Assembly: GCA_030390025.1 (NCBI GenBank)
Contig: JASTWF010000034.1
Location: forward strand, 5,456,001 to 5,520,000
Length of the DNA: 64,000 nucleotides
Source of the DNA: Squalus acanthias
Lineage: Eukaryota
Reading direction: 5' to 3'
Of the stretch, positions 9,601 to 21,600 are shown one piece after another; the first letter of the stretch is position 1; every line of letters starts with the position of its first letter. The position numbers and the translations under genes were made by a program. The notes below the pieces were generated by a model. That model was not told the origin of the DNA and did no database searches. It saw only the letters and a list, made by a program, of their open reading frames with translations.

Positions 9601-12600
9601 ATCTAACAGTATGTGTGTGGGAGTCTGAATGGGCTCCTGGTGTCTGATCTATCCTGTGTGTGTATGGCAGTCTGAATTGGCTCCGGGTCTCTGATCCAAC
9701 AGTAGGTGCGTGGAAGTCTGAATGAGCTCCTGGTGTCTGATCTAACAATGTGTGACTGTGAGTCTGATTGGGCTCCTGGTCTCTGATCAAACATTGTGTG
9801 TCTGGGAGTCTGAATGAGCTCCTGGTTTCTGATCTGACTGTGTATGCCTGGGAGTATGAATGAGCTCATGGTCTCTGATCTGACAATGTGTGTATGCGAG
9901 TCTGAATTAGCTCCTGGTCACTGAACTAAGATTGTGTTTGTGGGAGTCTGAATGAGATCCTGGTCTCTGATCGAACAGTATGTCGGTGTAAGTCTGAATG
10001 GACTCATGGTCTCTGATCGAACAGAGTGTGTGTGGGTGTATGAATGAGCTCCTGGCCTCCGATCAAACAGAGTGTGCGTGGGAGTCTGAATGTGCTCCTG
10101 GTCTCTGATCTAACAGTGTGTCTGTGGGTGTCTCAATGAGCTCCTGGTCAATAATCAAACAGTGTGTGTGTGGGTGTCTGAATGTGTTCCTGGTCTCTGA
10201 TCTAACAGTGTGTGTGTGAGAGTCTGAATGAGCTTCTGGTCTCTGATCTAACAGCGTGTGTGTGTGGGAGTCCGAATGAGCTCCTGGTCTCTGATCTAAC
10301 AGTGTGTGTGTGGGACTCTGTATGGGTTCCTGGTCTCCGATTTAACAGTATGTGTTTGGGAGTCTGTATGGGTTCCTGGTCCCTGATTTAACAGTATGTG
10401 TGTGGGCGTCTGAATGGGCTCCTGGTCTCTGATCTAACAGTGTGTGCCTGGGAGTCTGAATGAAATCCTGGGCTCTGATCTAACAGTGTGTGTGATAGTC
10501 TGAATGAGCTCCTGGTCTCTGATCTAACAATGGTTGTCTGGGTGTTTGAATGAGCTCTTGGTCTCTGATCTAACACTCTATGTGAGAATCTGAATGAGCT
10601 CCTGGTCTCTGATCTGACAGTGTGTATGTGGGAGACTGATTGGGCTCCTGGTCTCTGATCTAACAGTGTGTGTGGGTGTTTGAATGGGCTCCTGGTCTCT
10701 GATCTAACATTGTGTGAGCGGGAGTCTGATTGGGCTCCTGGTCTCTGATCTAACAGTGTGTGTGTAGGAGTCTGAATGGGCTCCTGTTCTCTGATCTAAT
10801 ATTGTATGACCGGGAGTCTGATTGGGCTCCTGGTCTCTGATCCAAAGGTGTGTGGCTGGGAGTATGAATGTGTTACTGGTCCCAGATCTAACAGTATGTG
10901 TGTGGGAGTCTGAATGGGCTCCTGGTGTCTGATCTATTCTGTGTGTGTATGGGAGTCTGAATTGGCTCCGGGTCTCTGATCCAACAGTAGGTGCGTTGAA
11001 GTCTGAATGAGCTCCTGGTGTCTGATCTAACATTGTGTGACTGTGAGTCTGATTGGGCTCCTGGTCTTTGATCAAACATTGTGTGTCTCGGAGACTGAAT
11101 GAGCTCCTGGTCTCTGATCAAACATTGTGTGAGTGGGAGTCTGAATGAGCTCCTGGTTTCTGATCTAACAGTGTATGACTGGGAGTATGAATGAGCTCAT
11201 GGTCTCTGATCTGACAATGTGTGTGTGCGAGTCTGAATTAGCTCCTGGTCACTGAACTAAGATTGTGTTTGTGGGAGTCTGAATGAGATCCTGGTCTCTG
11301 ATCTAACAGTGTGTCGGTGTAAGTCTGAATGTGCTCCTGGTCTCTGATCGAACAGTGTGTGTGTGGGTGTCTGAATGGGCTCATGGTCCCTGATCGAACA
11401 GAGTGTGTGCGGGTGTATGAATGAGCTCCTGGTCTCTGATCGAACAGAGTGTTTGCGGGTGTATGAATGAGCTCCTGGTCTCTGATCGAACAGTGTGTGT
11501 GTGGGAGTTTGATTGGGCTAATGGTCTCTGATCGAACAAAGTGTGTCTGGGTGTCTCAATGAGCTCCTGGTCACTGATCAAACAGTGTGTGTGTGGGAGT
11601 CTGAATGTGCTCCTGGTCTCTGATCTAACAGTGTGTGTGGGAGTTTGAATGGGCTCCTGGTCTCTGATCAAACAGTGTGTGTGTGGGAGTCTGAATGTGC
11701 TCCTGGTTTCTGATCTAACAGTGTGTGTGGGAGTGTAAATGTGCTTTGGTCTCTGATCTGACAATGTATGTTTGGGAGTCTGCATGGTCACTTGGTCTCT
11801 GATCTAACAGTGTGTGTGGGAGTCTGAATTAGCTCCTGGTCACTGAACTAAGATTGTGTTTGTGGGAGTCTGAATGAGCTCCTGGTCTCTGATCGAACAG
11901 TGTGTGTGTCGGAGTCTGAATGGTCTCCTGGTACCTGATCCAACAGTGTGTGTATGGAAGTCTGAATGAGCTCCTGATCTCTGATCTAACAGTGTGTGTG
12001 TGTGGGAGTCAGAATGAGCTCCTGGTCTCTGATCTAACAGTGTGTGTGTGGGACTCTGTATGTGTTCCTGGTCTCCGATCTAACAGTATGTGTTTGGGAG
12101 TCTGAATGAGCTCCTGGTCTCTGATATCACAGATTGTGTGTCGGAGTCCGAATGGGCTCCTGGTCTCTGATCTAACAATGTGTGTGTATGGGAGACTGAA
12201 TGGTCTCATGATCTCTGATCTAACAGTGTGTGTGGGAATCTGAATGGGCTCCTGGTCTCTGATCGAACAGTGTGTGTGTCGGTGTCTGAATGGGCTCCTG
12301 GTCTCTGATCTCACAGTGTCTGTGCGGGAGCCTGAATGGGCTCATGGTCTCTGATCTAACAGTGTGAATGTGGGAGTCTGAATGGGCTCTTGCTCTCTGA
12401 TCTAACAGTGAGTGTTTGGGAGACCGAAAGGGCTCCTGGTCTCTGATCTAACAATGTGTGTGTGGGAGTCTGAAACAGCTCCTGGTCTCTGATCTAACAG
12501 TGTCTGAGTGGGAGTCTGAATGGGCTCCTGGTATCTGATCTAACAGAGTGTGATGGGAGCCTGAATGTGCTCCTGGTCTCTGATCAAACAGTGTCTGAGT

Positions 12601-15600
12601 GGGAGTCTGAATGTGCTTCTGGTCTCTGATCTAACAGAGTGTGATGGGAGCCTGAATGTGCTCCTGGTCTCTGATCAAACAGTCTCTGTGTGCAAATCTG
12701 AATGAGCTCCTTGTCTCTGACCTCACAGAGTTTGTGTTGGAGTCTGAATGGGCTCCTGGTCTCTAAACTAAACTGTGTGTGTGAGGGAGTCTGAATGAGC
12801 TCCAGGCCTCTGATCTAACAGTGTGTGTGGGAGTCTGAAGGCGCTCCTGGTCTCTGATCTAACAGTGCGTGTGTGTGAGTTTGAATGGGCTCCTGGTCTC
12901 TGATGTATCAGTGTGTGTTTGGGAGTCCGAATGTGCTCCTTGTCTCTGATCGAAAAATGTGTGTGTGGGAGTCTGAATGGACTCTTGCTCTCTGATGTAA
13001 GAGAGTGTGTGTGGGGTCTGAATGGGCTCCTGGTCTCTGATATCACAGTTCGTGTGTGGGAATCTGAATGAGCTCCTGGTCTCTGATGTAACAGTTTGTG
13101 CGTGGGAGTCTGATGGGGTCCTGGTCTCTGATCTAACAGTGTGTGTGATGGGAGTCTGACTGTGCTCCTGGTCTCTGATCAAGCAGTCTATGTTCGCAAA
13201 TCTGAATGAGCTCCTTGTCTCTGATCTTACAGAGTGTGTGTTGGAGACTGAATGTGCTCCTGGTCTCTAAAGTAACTGTTTTGTGGGTGTCTGAATGGGT
13301 TCCTGGTCTCTGATCTAACATTGTGTGTGTGAAAGTCTGAATGGGCTCCTGATCTCTGATCTAGCAGTGTGTGTGTGGGTGTCTCAATGAGCTCCTGGTC
13401 ACTGATCAAACAGTGTGTGAGCGGGAGTCTGATTGGGCTCCTGGTCTCTGATCTAACAGTGTGTGTGTAGGAGTCTGAATGTGCTCCTGGTCTCTGATCT
13501 AATATTGTATGACCGGGAGTCTGATTGGGCTTCTGGTCTCTGATCCAAAAGTGTGTGGCTGGGAGTATGAATGTGTTACTGGTCCCACATCTAACAGTAT
13601 GTGTGTGGGAGTCTGAATGGGCTCCTGGTGTCTGATCTATCCTGTGTGTGTATGGCAGTCTGAATTGGCTCCGGGTCTCTGATCCAACAGTAGGTGCGTG
13701 GAAGTCTGAATGAGCTCCTGGTGTCTGATCTAACAATGTGTGACTGTGAGTCTGATTGGGCTCCTGGTCTCTGATCAAACATTGTGTGTCTGGGAGTCTG
13801 AATGAGCTCCTGGTTTCTGATCTGACTGTGTATGCCTGGGAGTATGAATGAGCTCATGGTCTCTGATCTGACAATGTGTGTATGCGAGTCTGAATTAGCT
13901 CCTGGTCACTGAACTAAGATTGTGTTTGTGGGAGTCTGAATGAGATCCTGGTCTCTGATCGAACAGTATGTCGGTGTAAGTCTGAATGGACTCATGGTCT
14001 CTGATCGAACAGAGTGTGTGTGGGTGTATGAATGAGCTCCTGGCCTCCGATCAAACAGAGTGTGCGTGGGAGTCTGAATGTGCTCCTGGTCTCTGATCTA
14101 ACAGTGTGTCTGTGGGTGTCTCAATGAGCTCCTGGTCAATAATCAAACAGTGTGTGTGTGGGTGTCTGAATGTGTTCCTGGTCTCTGATCTAACAGTGTG
14201 TGTGTGAGAGTCTGAATGAGCTTCTGGTCTCTGATCTAACAGCGTGTGTGTGTGGGAGTCCGAATGAGCTCCTGGTCTCTGATCTAACAGTGTGTGTGTG
14301 GGACTCTGTATGGGTTCCTGGTCTCCGATTTAACAGTATGTGTTTGGGAGTCTGTATGGGTTCCTGGTCCCTGATTTAACAGTATGTGTGTGGGCGTCTG
14401 AATGGGCTCCTGGTCTCTGATCTAACAGTGTGTGCCTGGGAGTCTGAATGAAATCCTGGGCTCTGATCTAACAGTGTGTGTGATAGTCTGAATGAGCTCC
14501 TGGTCTCTGATCTAACAATGGTTGTCTGGGTGTTTGAATGAGCTCTTGGTCTCTGATCTAACACTCTATGTGAGAATCTGAATGAGCTCCTGGTCTCTGA
14601 TCTGACAGTGTGTATGTGGGAGACTGATTGGGCTCCTGGTCTCTGATCTAACAGTGTGTGTGGGTGTTTGAATGGGCTCCTGGTCTCTGATCTAACATTG
14701 TGTGAGCGGGAGTCTGATTGGGCTCCTGGTCTCTGATCTAACAGTGTGTGTGTAGGAGTCTGAATGGGCTCCTGTTCTCTGATCTAATATTGTATGACCG
14801 GGAGTCTGATTGGGCTCCTGGTCTCTGATCCAAAGGTGTGTGGCTGGGAGTATGAATGTGTTACTGGTCCCAGATCTAACAGTATGTGTGTGGGAGTCTG
14901 AATGGGCTCCTGGTGTCTGATCTATTCTGTGTGTGTATGGGAGTCTGAATTGGCTCCGGGTCTCTGATCCAACAGTAGGTGCGTTGAAGTCTGAATGAGC
15001 TCCTGGTGTCTGATCTAACATTGTGTGACTGTGAGTCTGATTGGGCTCCTGGTCTTTGATCAAACATTGTGTGTCTCGGAGACTGAATGAGCTCCTGGTC
15101 TCTGATCAAACATTGTGTGAGTGGGAGTCTGAATGAGCTCCTGGTTTCTGATCTAACAGTGTATGACTGGGAGTATGAATGAGCTCATGGTCTCTGATCT
15201 GACAATGTGTGTGTGCGAGTCTGAATTAGCTCCTGGTCACTGAACTAAGATTGTGTTTGTGGGATTCTGAATGAGATCCTGGTCTCTGATCTAACAGTAT
15301 GTCGGTGTAAGTCTGAATGTCAGAATGTGCTCCTGGTCTCTGATCGAACAGTGTGTGTGTGGGTGTCTGAATGGGCTCATGGTCTCTGATCGAACAGAGT
15401 GTGTGTGGGTGTATGAATGAGCTCCTGGCCTCTGATCAAACAGCGTGTGCGTGGGAGTCTGAATGTGCTCCTGGTCTCTGATCAAACATTGTGTGTCTCG
15501 GAGACTGAATGAGCTCCTGGTCTCTGATCAAACATTGTGTGAGTGGGAGTCTGAATGAGCTCCTGGTTTCTGATCTAACAGTGTGTGTGGGAGTTTGAAT

Positions 15601-18600
15601 GTGCTTTGGTCTCTGACCTGACAATGTATGTTAGGGAGTCTGCATGGTCACTTGGTCTCTGATCTAACAGTGTGTGTGGGAGTCTGAATGGGCTACTGGT
15701 CCATGATCTAACATTGTGTGAGTGGGAGTCTGACATGAGCTCCTGGTCACTGAACTAAGATTGTGTTTGTGGGAGTCTGACTGAGATCCTGGTCCGTGAT
15801 CTAACAGTGTGTCCATGTAAGTCTGAATGTGCTCCTGGTCTCTGATCGAACAGTGTGTGTGTGGGTGTCTGAATGGGCTCATGGTCCCTGATCGAACAGA
15901 GTGTGTGCGGGTGTATGAATGAGCTCCTGGTCTCTGATCGAACAGAGTGTTTGCGGGTGTATGAATGAGCTCCTGGTCTCTGATCGAACAGTGTGTGTGT
16001 GGGAGTTTGATTGGGCTAATGGTCTCTGATCGAACAGAGTGTGTCTGGGTGTCTCAATGAGCTCCTGGTCACTGATCAAACAGTGTGTGTGTGGGAGTCT
16101 GAATGTGCTCCTGGTCTCTGATCTAACAGTGTGTGTGGGAGTTTGAATGGGCTCCTGGTCTCTGATCAAACAGTGTGTGTGTGGGAGTCTGAATGTGCTC
16201 CTGGTTTCTGATCTAACAGTGTGTGTGGGAGTGTAAATGTGCTTTGGTCTCTGATCTGACAATGTATGTTTGGGAGTCTGCATGGTCACTTGGTCTCTGA
16301 TCTAACAGTGTGTGTGGGAGTCTGAATTAGCTCCTGGTCACTGAACTAAGATTGTGTTTGTGGGAGTCTGAATGAGCTCCTGGTCTCTGATCGAACAGTG
16401 TGTGTGTCGGAGTCTGAATGGTCTCCTGGTACCTGATCCAACAGTGTGTGTATGGAAGTCTGAATGAGCTCCTGATCTCTGATCTAACAGTGTGTGTGTG
16501 TGGGAGTCAGAATGAGCTCCTGGTCTCTGATCTAACAGTGTGTGTGTGGGACTCTGTATGTGTTCCTGGTCTCCGATCTAACAGTATGTGTTTGGGAGTC
16601 TGAATGAGCTCCTGGTCTCTGATATCACAGATTGTGTGTCGGAGTCCGAATGGGCTCCTGGTCTCTGATCTAACAATGTGTGTGTATGGGAGACTGAATG
16701 GTCTCATGATCTCTGATCTAACAGTGTGTGTGGGAATCTGAATGGGCTCCTGGTCTCTGATCGAACAGTGTGTGTGTCGGTGTCTGAATGGGCTCCTGGT
16801 CTCTGATCTCACAGTGTCTGTGCGGGAGCCTGAATGGGCTCATGGTCTCTGATCTAACAGTGTGAATGTGGGAGTCTGAATGGGCTCTTGCTCTCTGATC
16901 TAACAGTGAGTGTTTGGGAGACCGAAAGGGCTCCTGGTCTCTGATCTAACAATGTGTTTGTGGGAGTCTGAAACAGCTCCTGGTCTCTGATCTAACAGTG
17001 TCTGAGTGGGAGTCTGAATGGGCTCCTGGTATCTGATCTAACAGAGTGTGATGGGAACCTGAATGTGCTCCTGGTCTCTGATCAAACAGTGTCTGAGTGG
17101 GAGTCTGAATGTGCTTCTGGTCTCTGATCTAACAGAGTGTGATGGGAGCCTGAATGTGCTCCTGGTCTCTGATCAAACAGTCTCTGTGTGCAAATCTGAA
17201 TGAGCTCCTTGTCTCTGACCTCACAGAGTTTGTGTTGGAGTCTGAATGGGCTCCTGGTCTCTAAACTAACTGTGTGTGTGAGGGAGTCTGAATGAGCTCC
17301 AGGCCTCTGATCTAACAGTGTGTGTGGGAGTCTGAAGGCGCTCCTGGTCTCTGATCTAACAGTGCGTGTGTGTGAGTTTGAATGGGCTCCTGGTCTCTGA
17401 TGTATCAGTGTGTGTTTGGGAGTCCGAATGTGCTCCTTGTCTCTGATCGAAAAATGTGTGTGTGGGAGTCTGAATGGACTCTTGCTCTCTGATGTAAGAG
17501 AGTGTGTGTGGGGTCTGAATGGGCTCCTGGTCTCTGATATCACAGTTCGTGTGTGGGAATCTGAATGAGCTCCTGGTCTCTGATGTAACAGTTTGTGCGT
17601 GGGAGTCTGATGGGGTCCTGGTCTCTGATCTAACAGTGTGTGTGATGGGAGTCTGACTGTGCTCCTGGTCTCTGATCAAGCAGTCTATGTTCGCAAATCT
17701 GAATGAGCTCCTTGTCTCTGATCTTACAGAGTGTGTGTTGGAGACTGAATGTGCTCCTGGTCTCTAAAGTAACTGTTTTGTGGGTGTCTGAATGGGTTCC
17801 TGGTCTCTGATCTAACATTGTGTGTGTGAAAGTCTGAATGGGCTCCTGATCTCTGATCTAGCAGTGTGTGTGTGGGTGTCTCAATGAGCTCCTGGTCACT
17901 GATCAAACAGTGTGTGAGCGGGAGTCTGATTGGGCTCCTGGTCTCTGATCTAACAGTGTGTGTGTAGGAGTCTGAATGTGCTCCTGGTCTCTGATCTAAT
18001 ATTGTATGACCGGGAGTCTGATTGGGCTTCTGGTCTCTGATCCAAAAGTGTGTGGCTGGGAGTATGAATGTGTTACTGGTCCCACATCTAACAGTATGTG
18101 TGTGGGAGTCTGAATGGGCTCCTGGTGTCTGATCTATCCTGTGTGTGTATGGCAGTCTGAATTGGCTCCGGGTCTCTGATCCAACAGTAGGTGCGTGGAA
18201 GTCTGAATGAGCTCCTGGTGTCTGATCTAACAATGTGTGACTGTGAGTCTGATTGGGCTCCTGGTCTCTGATCAAACATTGTGTGTCTGGGAGTCTGAAT
18301 GAGCTCCTGGTTTCTGATCTGACTGTGTATGCCTGGGAGTATGAATGAGCTCATGGTCTCTGATCTGACAATGTGTGTATGCGAGTCTGAATTAGCTCCT
18401 GGTCACTGAACTAAGATTGTGTTTGTGGGAGTCTGAATGAGATCCTGGTCTCTGATCGAACAGTATGTCGGTGTAAGTCTGAATGGACTCATGGTCTCTG
18501 ATCGAACAGAGTGTGTGTGGGTGTATGAATGAGCTCCTGGCCTCCGATCAAACAGAGTGTGCGTGGGAGTCTGAATGTGCTCCTGGTCTCTGAGCTAACA

Positions 18601-21600
18601 GTGTGTCTGTGGGTGTCTCAATGAGCTCCTGGTCAATAATCAAACAGTGTGTGTGTGGGTGTCTGAATGTGTTCCTGGTCTCTGATCTAACAGTGTGTGT
18701 GTGAGAGTCTGAATGAGCTTCTGGTCTCTGATCTAACAGCGTGTGTGTGTGGGAGTCCGAATGAGCTCCTGGTCTCTGATCTAACAGTGTGTGTGTGGGA
18801 CTCTGTATGGGTTCCTGGTCTCCGATTTAACAGTATGTGTTTGGGAGTCTGTATGGGTTCCTGGTCCCTGATTTAACAGTATGTGTGTGGGCGTCTGAAT
18901 GGGCTCCTGGTCTCTGATCTAACAGTGTGTGCCTGGGAGTCTGAATGAAATCCTGGGCTCTGATCTAACACTGTGTGATAGTCTGAATGAGCTCCTGGTC
19001 TCTGATCTAACAATGGTTGTCTGGGTGTTTGAATGAGCTCTTGGTCTCTGATCTAACACTCTATGTGAGAATCTGAATGAGCTCCTGGTCTCTGATCTGA
19101 CAGTGTGTATGTGGGAGACTGATTGGGCTCCTGGTCTCTGATCTAACAGTGTGTGTGGGTGTTTGAATGGGCTCCTGGTCTCTGATCTAACATTGTGTGA
19201 GCGGGAGTCTGATTGGGCTCCTGGTCTCTGATCTAACAGTGTGTGTGTAGGAGTCTGAATGGGCTCCTGTTCTCTGATCTAATATTGTATGACCGGGAGT
19301 CTGATTGGGCTCCTGGTCTCTGATCCAAAGGTGTGTGGCTGGGAGTATGAATGTGTTACTGGTCCCAGATCTAACAGTATGTGTGTGGGAGTCTGAATGG
19401 GCTCCTGGTGTCTGATCTATTCTGTGTGTGTATGGGAGTCTGAATTGGCTCCGGGTCTCTGATCCAACAGTAGGTGCGTTGAAGTCTGAATGAGCTCCTG
19501 GTGTCTGATCTAACATTGTGTGACTGTGAGTCTGATTGGGCTCCTGGTCTTTGATCAAACATTGTGTGTCTCGGAGACTGAATGAGCTCCTGGTCTCTGA
19601 TCAAACATTGTGTGAGTGGGAGTCTGAATGAGCTCCTGGTTTCTGATCTAACAGTGTATGACTGGGAGTATGAATGAGCTCATGGTCTCTGATCTGACAA
19701 TGTGTGTGTGCGAGTCTGAATTAGCTCCTGGTCACTGAACTAAGATTGTGTTTGTGGGAGTCTGAATGAGATCCTGGTCTCTGATCTAACAGTGTGTCGG
19801 TGTAAGTCTGAATGTGCTCCTGGTCTCTGATCGAACAGTGTGTGTGTGGGTGTCTGAATGGGCTCATGGTCTCTGATCGAACAGAGTGTGTGTGGGTGTA
19901 TGAATGAGCTCCTGGCCTCTGATCAAACAGCGTGTGCGTGGGAGTCTGAATGTGCTCCTGGTCTCTGATCAAACATTGTGTGTCTCGGAGACTGAATGAG
20001 CTCCTGGTCTCTGATCAAACATTGTGTGAGTGGGAGTCTGAATGAGCTCCTGGTTTCTGATCTAACAGTGTGTGTGGGAGTTTGAATGTGCTTTGGTCTC
20101 TGACCTGACAATGTATGTTAGGGAGTCTGCATGGTCACTTGGTCTCTGATCTAACAGTGTGTGTGGGAGTCTGAATGGGCTACTGGTCCATGATCTAACA
20201 TTGTGTGAGTGGGAGTCTGACATGAGCTCCTGGTCACTGAACTAAGATTGTGTTTGTGGGAGTCTGACTGAGATCCTGGTCCGTGATCTAACAGTGTGTC
20301 CATGTAAGTCTGAATGTGCTCCTGGTCTCTGATCGAACAGTGTGTGTGTGGGTGTCTGAATGGGCTCATGGTCCCTGATCGAACAGAGTGTGTGCGGGTG
20401 TATGAATGAGCTCCTGGTCTCTGATCGAACAGAGTGTTTGCGGGTGTATGAATGAGCTCCTGGTCTCTGATCGAACAGTGTGTGTGTGGGAGTTTGATTG
20501 GGCTAATGGTCTCTGATCGAACAGAGTGTGTCTGGGTGTCTCAATGAGCTCCTGGTCACTGATCAAACAGTGTGTGTGTGGGAGTCTGAATGTGCTCCTG
20601 GTCTCTGATCTAACAGTGTGTGTGGGAGTTTGAATGGGCTCCTGGTCTCTGATCAAACAGTGTGTGTGTGGGAGTCTGAATGTGCTCCTGGTTTCTGATC
20701 TAACAGTGTGTGTGGGAGTGTAAATGTGCTTTGGTCTCTGATCTGACAATGTATGTTTGGGAGTCTGCATGGTCACTTGGTCTCTGATCTAACAGTGTGT
20801 GTGGGAGTCTGAATTAGCTCCTGGTCACTGAACTAAGATTGTGTTTGTGGGAGTCTGAATGAGCTCCTGGTCTCTGATCGAACAGTGTGTGTGTCGGAGT
20901 CTGAATGGTCTCCTGGTACCTGATCCAACAGTGTGTGTATGGAAGTCTGAATGAGCTCCTGATCTCTGATCTAACAGTGTGTGTGTGTGGGAGTCAGAAT
21001 GAGCTCCTGGTCTCTGATCTAACAGTGTGTGTGTGGGACTCTGTATGTGTTCCTGGTCTCCGATCTAACAGTATGTGTTTGGGAGTCTGAATGAGCTCCT
21101 GGTCTCTGATATCACAGATTGTGTGTCGGAGTCCGAATGGGCTCCTGGTCTCTGATCTAACAATGTGTGTGTATGGGAGACTGAATGGTCTCATGATCTC
21201 TGATCTAACAGTGTGTGTGGGAATCTGAATGGGCTCCTGGTCTCTGATCGAACAGTGTGTGTGTCGGTGTCTGAATGGGCTCCTGGTCTCTGATCTCACA
21301 GTGTCTGTGCGGGAGCCTGAATGGGCTCATGGTCTCTGATCTAACAGTGTGAATGTGGGAGTCTGAATGGGCTCTTGCTCTCTGATCTAACAGTGAGTGT
21401 TTGGGAGTCCGAATGGGCTCCTGGTCTCTGATCTAACAATGTGTATGTGGGAGTCTGAAACAGCTCCTGGTCTCTGATCTAACAGTGTCTGAGTGGGAGT
21501 CTGAATGGGCTCCTGGTATCTGATCTAACAGAGTGTGATGGGAGCCTGAATGTGCTCCTGGTCTCTGATCAAACAGTGTCTGAGTGGGAGTCTGAATGTG

